The notes under the pieces are model-generated. The model was not told the DNA's origin. It saw only the letters and a program-made list of their open reading frames with translations, and did not search any database. Positions 51,399 through 60,366 of a DNA stretch of 64,000 nucleotides are shown here, piece after piece (the stretch's first letter is position 1; the number at the start of each line of letters is the position of its first letter). The translations under genes and the position numbers were made by a program. The DNA is from Dehalococcoidia bacterium (GTDB lineage Bacteria; Chloroflexota; Dehalococcoidia; Lucifugimonadales; UBA3495): assembly GCA_034421995.1 (NCBI GenBank), contig DAOUJY010000077.1, positions 840 to 64,839 of the forward strand, read 5' to 3'.

Positions 51399-53186
51399 CT
51401 ACTGCTTGCACGTCGGCTCGAAATGCCCGTTCGCGCTGATGACCAGTTCCCGCAACTCCCGGTAGCTCCGGTTCTCGCCCAGCTCTGACTCGACGGCGTC
51501 CAGCAGGGTCAGCACGTCGTCCAGGCTGCCGCACTGCGCCCAGAATGACTCGCGCAATAGCTCAGCGAACTCGGCAGCAGCGGCCGCTTGCCGGAAGTAG
51601 GGATCAGTAGCGGACAATTCGGCAACCGTTTCGCCGGTGGTGATCTCCTGCGATAGCTCAATGACTTGCCGGTTTTGCGGGTCGCGCCAGCGCAGGCGGG
51701 CGGTGGCCATTACCGCCTCGGCGAGAACATCGTCAAACAGCCGCAGTTCATACAGCGCGGACACGTCGCGGGCGAAGCCCACCTCGCCGAAGTCCAGCGT
51801 GTCGTCCCGGAAATCCTCGTCGGCCACCGCCCGGTTTTCGTAACCGATGAGGCGGTACTTGCGAACCACGTCCGGGTTGAATTCGACCTGGATGCGGGCG
51901 TCCCGGGCCGTCTCGACGAAGATCCCGGCCGCGCTTTCCTCCAGGAACCGCGCCGCCGCGTCTCGGTTGGCCAGGTAGTGATAAGTGCCGTTGCCCCGGT
52001 TGGCCAGCGCCTCCATCAGGACGTCGTTGTAGTTGCCGGTGATGCCCACGCCGATGGTGGTCAGAGTGGCGTTGCGCTGGGCGTATTCGTCCACGACCTT
52101 GAGGATGGACTCCGGCCCGGTTTCTCCCACGTTGGCGACGCCGTCGGACAGCAGTACCAGTCGCGCCTTTCGTCCCCGGTCCATTTCTGCCGAGGCCAAC
52201 TGGTAGGCCAGGGTCAGCCCGGCCTCGGCGTAGGTGCCGCCGCCCGGACGGAGCTGTCGGGCCGTGCCGGCAATGTCCCTTGCGTTATCGCCGTTGGTGA
52301 AGTCGCGGGCCACGCGCACCTCGTTGGCATAGGTCACGATGGCGGCCCGGTCGCCGGGGATCATCTGCTCGGAGATGCCGTAGATCACCTCTTTCGCCAG
52401 GCCCAGACGGTTATCCGCCTCCATGGAGCCGGACACGTCCACCACGAACACCAGGGATACCGGGTCCCGGTCGTCGGTGGGCGCGGGGTTGCTCACGCCG
52501 ACGCGCAGCAGGACATAGTCCTCATCGCCGAAGGGCGCCGGCCCGGCGTCCAGGTGCAGCCCCAGCGCGGTATCGGCCGGTGGATAGCCCTGGGGCAGGC
52601 TGTTGACGTACTCCTCGACACGCACCGCGTCCGGCTCAACCAGGTATCCATCGCGCAGGTACTGCTTCAGGATTTCATAGGACGCCGTATCCCCGTCCAG
52701 GGCGAAGGTGGACAGCGGGTCCTCGTCGGCGTCGATGAACGGGTTGACGCCGTAGTGTTCGTAGTAGGTCAGCGGGTAGGCGCCGTCGTTGGGGTTGTCG
52801 GTTCCGCCCGATTCCGGCGGAATGACCGGGCCGCCCGACGCTGGAGCGCTTTGCGGCTGCGCCGGCATAGCGGCGGCAGCCGGGGCCATCGTTGCTGCCG
52901 GGGCGGCGGCTGAACCGGCCGTACCTTGCGCCCCGGCGGGCCCGAGTGCAGTCGCAGCAGGCGCGGATTGCTGCCTGGCGGGAGCAGCCGGCGGGCTTGA
53001 TGCGCGAGTAGCCGCGATGCGTTGGGCCGTGCTGGACGTACTCGACGAACTGGACGCCGGCGCGGCGGACTGCGCAGCCGGAGCCGCCGCGTGCTCTGCG
53101 GCCCCGCCACAGGCCAGGGCAGCTACGGCAACCAGCGACAGAATAGCCACCAGCGCCATAGTTCGGATTCTTGACAGCGAATTCAT
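51399..53186 (-). CDS. Secreted von Willebrand factor type A domain protein (YfbK-like)
   Basis: I set the start at ATG 53186, after GAGGGGAG. It has a signal peptide ending LACGG, an Ala/Pro/Ser-rich linker and a MIDAS motif (VFVVDVSGSM). Confidence 0.8.
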   Translation of the reverse strand: MNSLSRIRTMALVAILSLVAVAALACGGAAEHAAAPAAQSAAPASSSSSTSSTAQRIAATRASSPPAAPARQQSAPAATALGPAGAQGTAGSAAAPAATMAPAAAAMPAQPQSAPASGGPVIPPESGGTDNPNDGAYPLTYYEHYGVNPFIDADEDPLSTFALDGDTASYEILKQYLRDGYLVEPDAVRVEEYVNSLPQGYPPADTALGLHLDAGPAPFGDEDYVLLRVGVSNPAPTDDRDPVSLVFVVDVSGSMEADNRLGLAKEVIYGISEQMIPGDRAAIVTYANEVRVARDFTNGDNARDIAGTARQLRPGGGTYAEAGLTLAYQLASAEMDRGRKARLVLLSDGVANVGETGPESILKVVDEYAQRNATLTTIGVGITGNYNDVLMEALANRGNGTYHYLANRDAAARFLEESAAGIFVETARDARIQVEFNPDVVRKYRLIGYENRAVADEDFRDDTLDFGEVGFARDVSALYELRLFDDVLAEAVMATARLRWRDPQNRQVIELSQEITTGETVAELSATDPYFRQAAAAAEFAELLRESFWAQCGSLDDVLTLLDAVESELGENRSYRELRELVISANGHFEPTCKQ

Positions 53187-53293
53187 AAACGTTTCTCCCC
53201 TCGTTCCTTCAAACAAACTTGCGATCGCTTGTGGCCTATTACGGCGGAAACGGCCCGGCGGATTGGCAGCGCCGGTGATACAATGCCGACGCT

Positions 53294-54550
53294 ATGACTG
53301 CGAACGTTGACAACAGCCTCTCCCCGCACGGCGGCGCGTTGGTGGAGCGGGTCAATCCCCATCCCGACCGCGATGCCCTGGCCCAATTGCCTACCATCGA
53401 GGTGCGCGAGCAGATTGCCCACGAGTGCGTGAACATTGCCTACGGATTCTTCTCGCCGCTGACGGGGTTCATGGGCAGCGCCGACGTGGCGGCGGTGTCG
53501 GAGACGATGCGGCTGACCAGCGGTTACGTCTGGCCCATACCCATCGTGCTGGACGCTGCGGAGGCTGAGCTGCGGCAGGCCGGCCCGATTGGTCAAGGGA
53601 TCCGTGTCGGCGACACTGTTCTGCTCACCCACCTGGGCAACCCCCTGGCCACGCTGGACGTTTCCGAGATTTTCGCCGCCGACCTCACCGAACTGGCCCG
53701 GCGGGTGTATGCCACCACCGACCCGGCGCATCCCGGCGTGCAGCGCACCCTGGGTTACGCCGACCGCTTCGTGGCCGGCGACGTCACCCTGGTCTGCCAG
53801 CCGGTGATCAACCCACCCTTCGACCGCTACTGGCGGATGCCTCGGCAACTGCGCTCGGAACTGGCCGACATCGGCTGGCAGCGCGCCGTCGCCCACCAGA
53901 CGCGCAACGTACCCCACTCCGGCCACGAGTACATGATGAAGGGAGCGTACCTGGAAGCCCAAGCCGACGGCGTGCTGGTCAGCGCCGTCATTGGCGAGAA
54001 GAAGGTGGGCGATTACATTGACGAGGCCATCGTCCTGACCCAGGACAACCTGCGGGCCCATGGTTTCTTCCGCGACGACATTCACCGCACCACCGCGCTG
54101 CTGTGGGATATGCGCTACGCCGGCCCTCGGGAGGCGGTGTTCCACGCGCTGGTGCGCAAGAACCTGGGCTGCACTCATCATATGTTTGGCCGCGACCACG
54201 CCGGCGTCGGCGACTACTACGGCCGCTACGCCGCCCACGAGATTTTTGACGAGTTACCCGACCTGGGCATCCGGTCCGTGCTGACCTTGGAATGGTGGTA
54301 CTGCCCCACCTGCGGCGGCGTGGCCTACGAGGGCATCTGCGGCCACCCGGACACCAAGCAGGACCTGGCCGGCCGCCTCATCCGCAGCATCATCGACGGC
54401 GGCGCGGAGCCGGCCCCGCAGACGCTGCGCGCCGAAACGCTGGCCCTGGTCCGCCAGTGCGCCGAGGAATACGGCTTCGGCTCGCCCTTCGTAACGGAGC
54501 GGTATTTGAGGGAGCGGATGCCGGTGCTGACGGTGCCGCCCTCGTCGTAA
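53294..54550 (+). CDS. sat: Sulfate adenylyltransferase (ATP sulfurylase)
   Basis: Matching motifs are HQTRNVPHSGHEYMM and FGRDHAGVGDYYG. It also has a CPTCGG-x8-CGH zinc-site-like motif, as I recall from the Thermus-type enzyme. Confidence 0.85.
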   Translation: MTANVDNSLSPHGGALVERVNPHPDRDALAQLPTIEVREQIAHECVNIAYGFFSPLTGFMGSADVAAVSETMRLTSGYVWPIPIVLDAAEAELRQAGPIGQGIRVGDTVLLTHLGNPLATLDVSEIFAADLTELARRVYATTDPAHPGVQRTLGYADRFVAGDVTLVCQPVINPPFDRYWRMPRQLRSELADIGWQRAVAHQTRNVPHSGHEYMMKGAYLEAQADGVLVSAVIGEKKVGDYIDEAIVLTQDNLRAHGFFRDDIHRTTALLWDMRYAGPREAVFHALVRKNLGCTHHMFGRDHAGVGDYYGRYAAHEIFDELPDLGIRSVLTLEWWYCPTCGGVAYEGICGHPDTKQDLAGRLIRSIIDGGAEPAPQTLRAETLALVRQCAEEYGFGSPFVTERYLRERMPVLTVPPSS

Positions 54551-54551
54551 A

Positions 54552-54998
54552 TCAGCCGGCTACCACCAGGGCCACAATGATCCCCGCAAAGCCGATGGCG
54601 ATGGCGGCAATTATCCCCAACATCCACCGGGAGCTGCCAACTTTGTAGTCGGCCAGGGAGTTTCGCAGTTCGGCGATTTCGTTGGACAGCTCCGCTATCC
54701 TGGTTTCGAGCCGAGCAACCTCGCCGCGCACCTGGGCGACCTCGTTGCGCACCTGGGCAACCTCGCCTTTCACTTCAGCAATCTCGTTTCGGACTTGCGC
54801 GATTTCGCTTCTCAGCTCGGCGCGGACCTGGGCGATGTCGCCTTTCAGCTCAGTGCGTAGTTCCCGCAAGTCCGCTTTAGTCGCCACTACTTCGGTAATA
54901 ATCCGGGAGAATTCGCCAGCAATCGATCTGGCTTGCGCGTCCGGCATACCGCCTTCGCGCAACCGATCCAGCATCAGCATTGTGTCAGCCATCGTCAT
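54552..54998 (-). CDS. DUF1640-like tail-anchored coiled-coil protein
   Basis: The N-terminus is MLMLDRLREGGMPDAQARSIAGEF. Heptad repeats follow (EIAQVRNEIAEVKGEVAQVRNEVAQVRGEVARLE), then a C-terminal TM helix. Confidence 0.6.
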   Translation of the reverse strand: MTMADTMLMLDRLREGGMPDAQARSIAGEFSRIITEVVATKADLRELRTELKGDIAQVRAELRSEIAQVRNEIAEVKGEVAQVRNEVAQVRGEVARLETRIAELSNEIAELRNSLADYKVGSSRWMLGIIAAIAIGFAGIIVALVVAG

Positions 54999-55028
54999 AT
55001 TGGCAACCTGCCTGAAAGACGGTGCAGT

Positions 55029-55271
55029 TTAGGGGGACCGTTTCAAGTATTCGTGCCACTTGGCGGCGACTTCGACAAAAACCTTTGCCATGCTCGCCGA
55101 CTGTTCCTCGGGGAACCCGGCATCGCAAAATCGCTGCCGTATCGCCTCCGGGTCAACGTCGGGGTCGGTGAGGACCCTACCTGTTGCCTCGGCGACGGCG
55201 CGAGCCTGGTCATCTTCAAAGTGGCCCGAATCGCGAAGCCGCTCGTACATTCCCAGGGTATCCAGTAGCAT
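55029..55271 (-). CDS. DUF1640 N-terminal-like small protein
   Basis: MLLDTLGMYERLRDSGHFEDDQARAVAEA parallels the N-terminus of the neighbouring gene. I chose ATG 55271 as the start rather than TTG 55358. Confidence 0.45.
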   Translation of the reverse strand: MLLDTLGMYERLRDSGHFEDDQARAVAEATGRVLTDPDVDPEAIRQRFCDAGFPEEQSASMAKVFVEVAAKWHEYLKRSP

Positions 55272-55354
55272 AATGCCGTCCGTGCAGTTGGCCTCAGCAG
55301 GTTGTGTCAGTATAGCAGACGGCAACCTCGCCGCAATCGATGCTTTCCAGCCGG

Positions 55355-56863
55355 TCAACCGGTCACGCTGGGGTCGGCAACCCGGCCCAGGAACAGGATG
55401 GCGTCCGTGCGGGTGTCGCGGATGAGGAAGATGAACGGCCGGTCAACGTCCATCACCACCGGTGGCAAGGGTGTCGGAGGCTCGGATACGGGTACAGCCA
55501 TGATGACAGCGGTAGCCGCAGCGGCCTCGGTTCCCTTTTCGTTGACTTCGACGAATGCTTTGTGCAGAACATCGCTGATGTAAAGTCCCGGGTCAGGCGA
55601 CGCGAGACTCGAAAAATCAGCCATCCCCGAGAAATCGGCGACGCCAATGAGAGGGCTGAAGGCGTCGATCATGCCCAGCTGTTGCAGCGCGCTCTTGGCG
55701 TCAACCGATTTTTCCAGCTTGAACCGGGGCATGGTGAGATCCACCACGCGCTCATTCCAACCGTCGCCGCGACCACTGAGCGTTTTCGCATCCAGGCGGT
55801 CCACGAACTCATCGAATTTGCCGACCGCCGGGAGGAATATGACCATGGCCAGCCGGCCCCCCTGGTAGAGCAGTTGCACCGCCTGGTAATTGTCTCCCTC
55901 CGCATACCTGAGTTCGCGCTTCTGGCGCATCATGGGAACCTTGACCTGGCTACCGTCAGCCAGGTTGAAAAAGTCCTCCTCGGTGTCCCTTTCATCAAAT
56001 TCATATTTTTCTGCCCACTTGCCTTTGAAGTAAATGGCGTTGGTGAGAACGAGGCGAGTGCAATCCAATGGCGGAGGGTCGCAGGACCCGAAATGGCTCG
56101 GGCTGACGATGGTGGGGATTTTCCCGTTGGTCTCCTCAACAGCCCAGCCGTTGATGATCTGCGCTGACTCCTGCCGCCCTTCCGGCTGGGTGAAGTCCAG
56201 CTGCGACAGGCCGGCGCCGTAGTTTTCCGCCACCGTGTCCAGGAACTCCGGACGAAATTGGTAGCCTTGCTGTCCCCACAGTGCGTTGGCGATGTTCAGT
56301 TCCGGTAGGTCGTCACCGTCCCTGGAAGCCTTTAGCAGTTCCAAATCCACGCCGTTGAACACCGTGTGCAAACGTCCTGGCACCAGGTCGAAGTGGAGCG
56401 CGTCCACCATCTGTGCCGCGGTCTCCCCGGCCGCGCCGGCGTAGGTCATCGCCAGCGCCGCCGAAATGCTGTATGGCGAAAAGAACAGGTTGCCATCGCT
56501 ATCGTCGCTCAGCCGGTGGTAGAAATCCAGGGCGAAAGCGCTGTTGCCGGAGACCAGCGCGTCCTGTTCCTCCCAGGTGAAATCGGGTTCGGTGATGCGC
56601 TCCTTATCCGACTGAACCGTTCGAGCCACCGGGGCGGTCAGCGTAGGCGCGATGGTCTTCTCCGCTGCTGGCGTCGGGGATGCGACGGGCGACAGTTGCG
56701 TTGACGCCGGCGCAGTGGTTGCGGCAACTGGGGCCGCAACCGTAGTGGCTGGCGCCACCATTGGGTCCGGTTCCGCCGCCGGGGCGCATCCTGAAACGAT
56801 CAGCGCCAGCAGCGGGGCGACGATAAGCGGCAATGGCCGCGCAAATTCCCTGGCAGTTATCAC
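55355..56863 (-). CDS. Serpin-family protease inhibitor, lipoprotein
   Basis: It has a lipobox (LIVSGC). The serpin core includes NLFFSPYSISAALAM and NAIYFKGKW. The C-terminus is VDRPFIFLIRDTRTDAILFLGRVADP. Confidence 0.9.
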   Translation of the reverse strand: MITAREFARPLPLIVAPLLALIVSGCAPAAEPDPMVAPATTVAAPVAATTAPASTQLSPVASPTPAAEKTIAPTLTAPVARTVQSDKERITEPDFTWEEQDALVSGNSAFALDFYHRLSDDSDGNLFFSPYSISAALAMTYAGAAGETAAQMVDALHFDLVPGRLHTVFNGVDLELLKASRDGDDLPELNIANALWGQQGYQFRPEFLDTVAENYGAGLSQLDFTQPEGRQESAQIINGWAVEETNGKIPTIVSPSHFGSCDPPPLDCTRLVLTNAIYFKGKWAEKYEFDERDTEEDFFNLADGSQVKVPMMRQKRELRYAEGDNYQAVQLLYQGGRLAMVIFLPAVGKFDEFVDRLDAKTLSGRGDGWNERVVDLTMPRFKLEKSVDAKSALQQLGMIDAFSPLIGVADFSGMADFSSLASPDPGLYISDVLHKAFVEVNEKGTEAAAATAVIMAVPVSEPPTPLPPVVMDVDRPFIFLIRDTRTDAILFLGRVADPSVTG

Positions 56864-57026
56864 GACAACGCTCCTGAAACGCGGATTGTGGGGCTGTATG
56901 CCCCGCCGAGTCTCACACGTTTACGGTTACGGGAGCGCCCTGGTAACGGATTGCTGCCGTACCCCCCGGCGATGACGCAGAACCCGACAGGAAGAACACC
57001 TAACCGGCTGGGACAGCCTGATTTCC

Positions 57027-57626
57027 CTATTCTTCTCGCGGCGGCCGGCGGCGGTGCTGGAATATATCTGCCAGCGGTATCGACAGGCCCGGCAGCAGCG
57101 GTGTGGTCAGTACGTCGCCGATGCCCAGCACGCTACGCTCCGCGTATGCGCCGTCGCGCAGCTCCAGCTGCGTCACCGTATCGTTGCGCGGGTCTATGGG
57201 CCAGTATTCCAGGACGCCGGCCTCGGCGTAGATCTGGCGTTTGCGAACCAGGTCCCGGTTGCGGTCGTCGGACAGGACTTCCACCACGATGTCCGGCGCG
57301 CCCGCGACCATGAGGGTGCCCAGAATAGCCTCACGCTCACGGAGCACAATTGTCAGGTCAGGGGCAAACAGATATCGACCATCCGAAAACAGGTCCACGA
57401 TGACATCCTGGAACAGGTCGGCTGGCGGCTCCGCGAAACTCTGAAGATAGTTCAGGATGTGCCACGCTAGCCAAAGGGACAGGAAATTGTGGACGAGTCG
57501 GGGCCTGGGCATTATGTACAACTCTCCGTCGTCCAGTTCCATCTTGCATTTGTCTTCCGTATCGGGCAGTTCAAGGAACTCGGCGACGGACAGCCGGATG
57601 CCGGCCCGGGGTTTTATGGTTGTCAT
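57027..57626 (-). CDS. Uma2-family nuclease-fold protein (tandem copy 1, 199 aa)
   Basis: Matching segments are MELDDGELYIMPRP, APDLTIVL, PDIVVEVLSDD and GVLEYWPIDP. Confidence 0.8.
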   Translation of the reverse strand: MTTIKPRAGIRLSVAEFLELPDTEDKCKMELDDGELYIMPRPRLVHNFLSLWLAWHILNYLQSFAEPPADLFQDVIVDLFSDGRYLFAPDLTIVLREREAILGTLMVAGAPDIVVEVLSDDRNRDLVRKRQIYAEAGVLEYWPIDPRNDTVTQLELRDGAYAERSVLGIGDVLTTPLLPGLSIPLADIFQHRRRPPREE

Positions 57627-57641
57627 GGCGATTTCCTGCCT

Positions 57642-58241
57642 TCATTCACCATCACGCGGCGGCCGGCGGCGGTGTTGGAATATATCGGCCAACGGTATCG
57701 CCAGACCCAGCAGCAGCGGCGTGGTCAGCACGTCGCCGACCTCTAGCACGGTCCGCTCCACGTATGCGCCGTCGCGCAGCTCCAGCGGCGTAATGGTGTC
57801 GTTGCGCGGGTCCATCAACCAGTATTCCAGTACGCCGGCCTCGGCGTAGATTTGCCGCTTGCGGACCAGGTCGTGGTTGCGGTCGGTGGAGAGAATTTCG
57901 ACCACAATGTCGGGGGTTCCCTCAACCCATTTACGCCCCACGATGCCCCGATTCTTATTGCGGATGATTACCATATCCGGTTTGGGAGCACGTTGGAGTT
58001 CTCTTGACAGGACGGTGGTCATCGCGTGATAGAACTGTGCCGGCGTCTGATCGAAACCATCCAAATAGTCGTCGAGATGGCGGCAGAACTGTAGCATCAA
58101 GAACTGGTGGTCGGGGCTGCCTGACGCCATGATGTACAGCACTCCGTCGTCGAGCTCCCACTTGCCGTCGGTCTCGCCCAGGGCCAGGAAATCGTCCAGG
58201 GACATGCGCATCCCCGTGCGCAGTTTGGGGGTAGTGGTCAT
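57642..58241 (-). CDS. Uma2-family nuclease-fold protein (tandem copy 2, 199 aa)
   Basis: The true start is ATG 58241 (MTTTPKL); the listed 479-aa ORF is a read-through artefact. Matching segments are WELDDGVLYIMASGS and PDIVVEILSTD. Confidence 0.8.
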   Translation of the reverse strand: MTTTPKLRTGMRMSLDDFLALGETDGKWELDDGVLYIMASGSPDHQFLMLQFCRHLDDYLDGFDQTPAQFYHAMTTVLSRELQRAPKPDMVIIRNKNRGIVGRKWVEGTPDIVVEILSTDRNHDLVRKRQIYAEAGVLEYWLMDPRNDTITPLELRDGAYVERTVLEVGDVLTTPLLLGLAIPLADIFQHRRRPPRDGE

Positions 58242-58252
58242 GCTTGGCTCCA

Positions 58253-58280
58253 GTAGGGGTGAATAATTATTCGCCTCTAC
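58253..58280. repeat. Family B palindrome, variant copy (gtaggggtgaataattattcgcctctac)
   Basis: It differs from the other two copies at two symmetric positions. It overlaps the MFS stop codon (58277-58279). Confidence 0.85.
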
Positions 58281-59599
58281 GCGGCTCCTGCCGCCGGCGC
58301 GGTCTGGTAGCGCACGGAGTACTTGCGCTCGCGGATGGTGAAGGCACTGATGGCCGCCGGGTAGAGCATCACGGCGGCGATGGAGAAGGCCACGATGTAG
58401 TCGCCGGTAAGTTCCCGCAGGTAACCGGCCATCAGCACGCTGGTGAACCCGCCCAGCTGGTGGAACAGGAAAGCCACGCCGGAGATGGTCGCCAGCGACT
58501 TCAGCCCGTACACCTCCGCCGTCAGCGAGGTGGTCAGCGGCGCGGTGGCGATCCACGAGAGGCCGGCGACGAAGGAGAAGATCAGCAGCCCGGCCAGCAC
58601 GGGTATCCCCGGTATCGCCAGCGACGCCACCAGTATCACGTAGCCCGTGCCCCGGCAGAAATAGACCAAAGCCAGCCAATTCTTGCGTCCCCCGATGCGG
58701 TCGGAAATCCAGCCCGCGCCGGTGGCTCCGATGGCGTTGAGGAGCGACATCCACCCGAATATCCAGGCTGCCACCCAGGGGGTAATACCCTCCTCGATGG
58801 CCATGGGCACGAAATGGACCGACAGCATGAAGGTGGTGGAGCCGCAGATGAAGTAGGAGAAGCTCATCTGCCAGATGGGGAAGGACTTGAACGCCTGCCG
58901 CCAGTGGCTGGCGAACAGCGGCTGTGGCGGTGGAGACGCCGCGCCGGGAGATCCGTCTGGGCCGCCCTCCGGCACGGGGTCGCCGTCGGGAGTCAGGCCC
59001 TTGCGAGCCGGGTCGTCGTGCAGGAAGATGAACGCCAGCGGGATGCCCAGGCACAGGATCATCAGACCCATGACGATCCACGATAGCCGCCAGTCAATCA
59101 GGGAAATCAGGAAGGCGGCAAAGGGGACCAGGATAAAGCCGCCCAGTGACATGCCGGAGGCGTTCAGCCCGATCACCAGTCCCCGCCGGCGGCGGAACCA
59201 CTTGCTCAGCATCGCGCCGGTGTTGGTCAGCGACGTGCCGCTCTGACCCACGGCCGCCACCACGCCGAACACGGCGATGAGATACCAGATGCTGCCGGTG
59301 AGCGCCATCAGCAGCGTGGATGCGCCCACGATGACGATGCCGGTCATCACGACGATACGCACGCCCACCCGGTCGAAGAAGTAGCCCATGAAGGGCTGGG
59401 TGACGCCGTTGAGCAGCGCGCCCAACGCAGCGGCCCAGGACACCACGGTCCGGTTCCACTCGAATTCGGCCTCCATGGGCACCACGAACGCCCCGAAGGC
59501 GTTCCGCGTCCCCATGGTCAGAAAGGCGATAAACATACAGGTGGCAACTACGAACCACCCGTAAAACATCCCCGGCCGCGCCGGATTGCTCGCCGCCAT
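58277..59599 (-). CDS. MFS transporter (oxalate/formate antiporter-like)
   Basis: It has about 12 TM segments. The N-terminus is MFYGWFVVATCMFIAFLTMG and it carries the loop motif GYFFDRVGVR. Confidence 0.85.
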   Translation of the reverse strand: MAASNPARPGMFYGWFVVATCMFIAFLTMGTRNAFGAFVVPMEAEFEWNRTVVSWAAALGALLNGVTQPFMGYFFDRVGVRIVVMTGIVIVGASTLLMALTGSIWYLIAVFGVVAAVGQSGTSLTNTGAMLSKWFRRRRGLVIGLNASGMSLGGFILVPFAAFLISLIDWRLSWIVMGLMILCLGIPLAFIFLHDDPARKGLTPDGDPVPEGGPDGSPGAASPPPQPLFASHWRQAFKSFPIWQMSFSYFICGSTTFMLSVHFVPMAIEEGITPWVAAWIFGWMSLLNAIGATGAGWISDRIGGRKNWLALVYFCRGTGYVILVASLAIPGIPVLAGLLIFSFVAGLSWIATAPLTTSLTAEVYGLKSLATISGVAFLFHQLGGFTSVLMAGYLRELTGDYIVAFSIAAVMLYPAAISAFTIRERKYSVRYQTAPAAGAA

Positions 59600-59703
59600 G
59601 ATGCCCCCAAGCCCGCTGCGTTACAATGCCCTGCTATTGGGGCGGATTTTATGCCCATGGCGACGGGGGCGCAAGGCGATGCGTCCGCCGCGCACACACG
59701 TTT

Positions 59704-59729
59704 GTCATTGCGAGCGTAGCGTAGCAATC
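59704..59729. repeat. REP-like hairpin, family A variant (gtcattgcgagcgtagcgtagcaatc)
   Basis: An inverted repeat cattgc / gcaatc flanks agcgtagcgtag. It is intergenic. Confidence 0.6.
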
Positions 59730-59756
59730 TCGTTGCGTTTCTCATACCATCTGCAA

Positions 59757-60317
59757 TCAGGGGATTTTCCCTTCGCGCTTCAGCGCGATCAAGCGGGCGG
59801 TGGCAGCATCGTTCAGAGCCCGTTGCTCCGGGGTCTCCGGGGAGCGCTCAATCCGTTCCAAAAAGGAGTGATTGAGTTCATGCCAGAGTACTTGATCCGC
59901 TTCCACCATCTCGGCAAGCCAGTCGCTGATGAGCCGCGCTGCTACCACGGGGCGAGCAGGGTGTCCCGTCAACCGTGCCAGATGATCCGCCGTGTGGATG
60001 GCGACTTCGGCGTCCCTTCCTTCGGCTATGTAGGCTATGGTTACCGCGAGGTACACGGTTTCGTCTTGCCTATCGGTGGCCTCGATCATCAGCGGGGTGA
60101 TCAGGAAATTGTGCCGGTCGGACGGGGTCATGCCATCCTGCCCCGACGGCGGAAGCAATGCCACCTTTTCGCCAGCGCTGAGAGTCCTGATGAAGCTCAA
60201 TCCCATATGGTCAGCGATAAGGCAGCCGTCATCAGCAATTTGCTCCCTCATCGCCGACCTGAGGAACAATCGGTCGCCTCGAAATCTGCCCCGACGCTCT
60301 ATTTCGTCATAGCTCAT
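59757..60317 (-). CDS. Hypothetical protein (about 186 aa)
   Basis: I chose ATG 60317 (MSYDEIERRG) as the start so that it does not overlap the vsr remnant. The segment ETVYLAVTIAYIAEGRDAEVAIHTADHLARL vaguely recalls small nuclease-fold proteins of Thermus and cyanobacteria. That is not enough for a call. Confidence 0.4.
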   Translation of the reverse strand: MSYDEIERRGRFRGDRLFLRSAMREQIADDGCLIADHMGLSFIRTLSAGEKVALLPPSGQDGMTPSDRHNFLITPLMIEATDRQDETVYLAVTIAYIAEGRDAEVAIHTADHLARLTGHPARPVVAARLISDWLAEMVEADQVLWHELNHSFLERIERSPETPEQRALNDAATARLIALKREGKIP

Positions 60318-60366
60318 ACGGCCTCTGGATCTGGCTGATTTGCGATCAACGCTTGTTTGGATTGTA

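Noticed and set aside
56864-57026. I scanned the 163-nt intergenic region upstream of the serpin gene, and other intergenic gaps (14588-14682, 19621-19771, 36969-37111, 62403-62502), for tRNA, riboswitch or small-RNA signatures.
   Set aside because: I could find no cloverleaf or T-loop consensus and no recognisable riboswitch core. A covariance-model scan would be needed to exclude structured RNAs.
57642-59081. A 479-aa ORF appears to fuse an N-terminal Arg/Gly/Pro-rich region to the Uma2 domain.
   Set aside because: The N-terminal 280 codons are antisense to the well-supported MFS gene 58277..59599 and cross the family B palindrome. The internal ATG at 58241 gives a 199-aa product that matches the tandem copy exactly in length.
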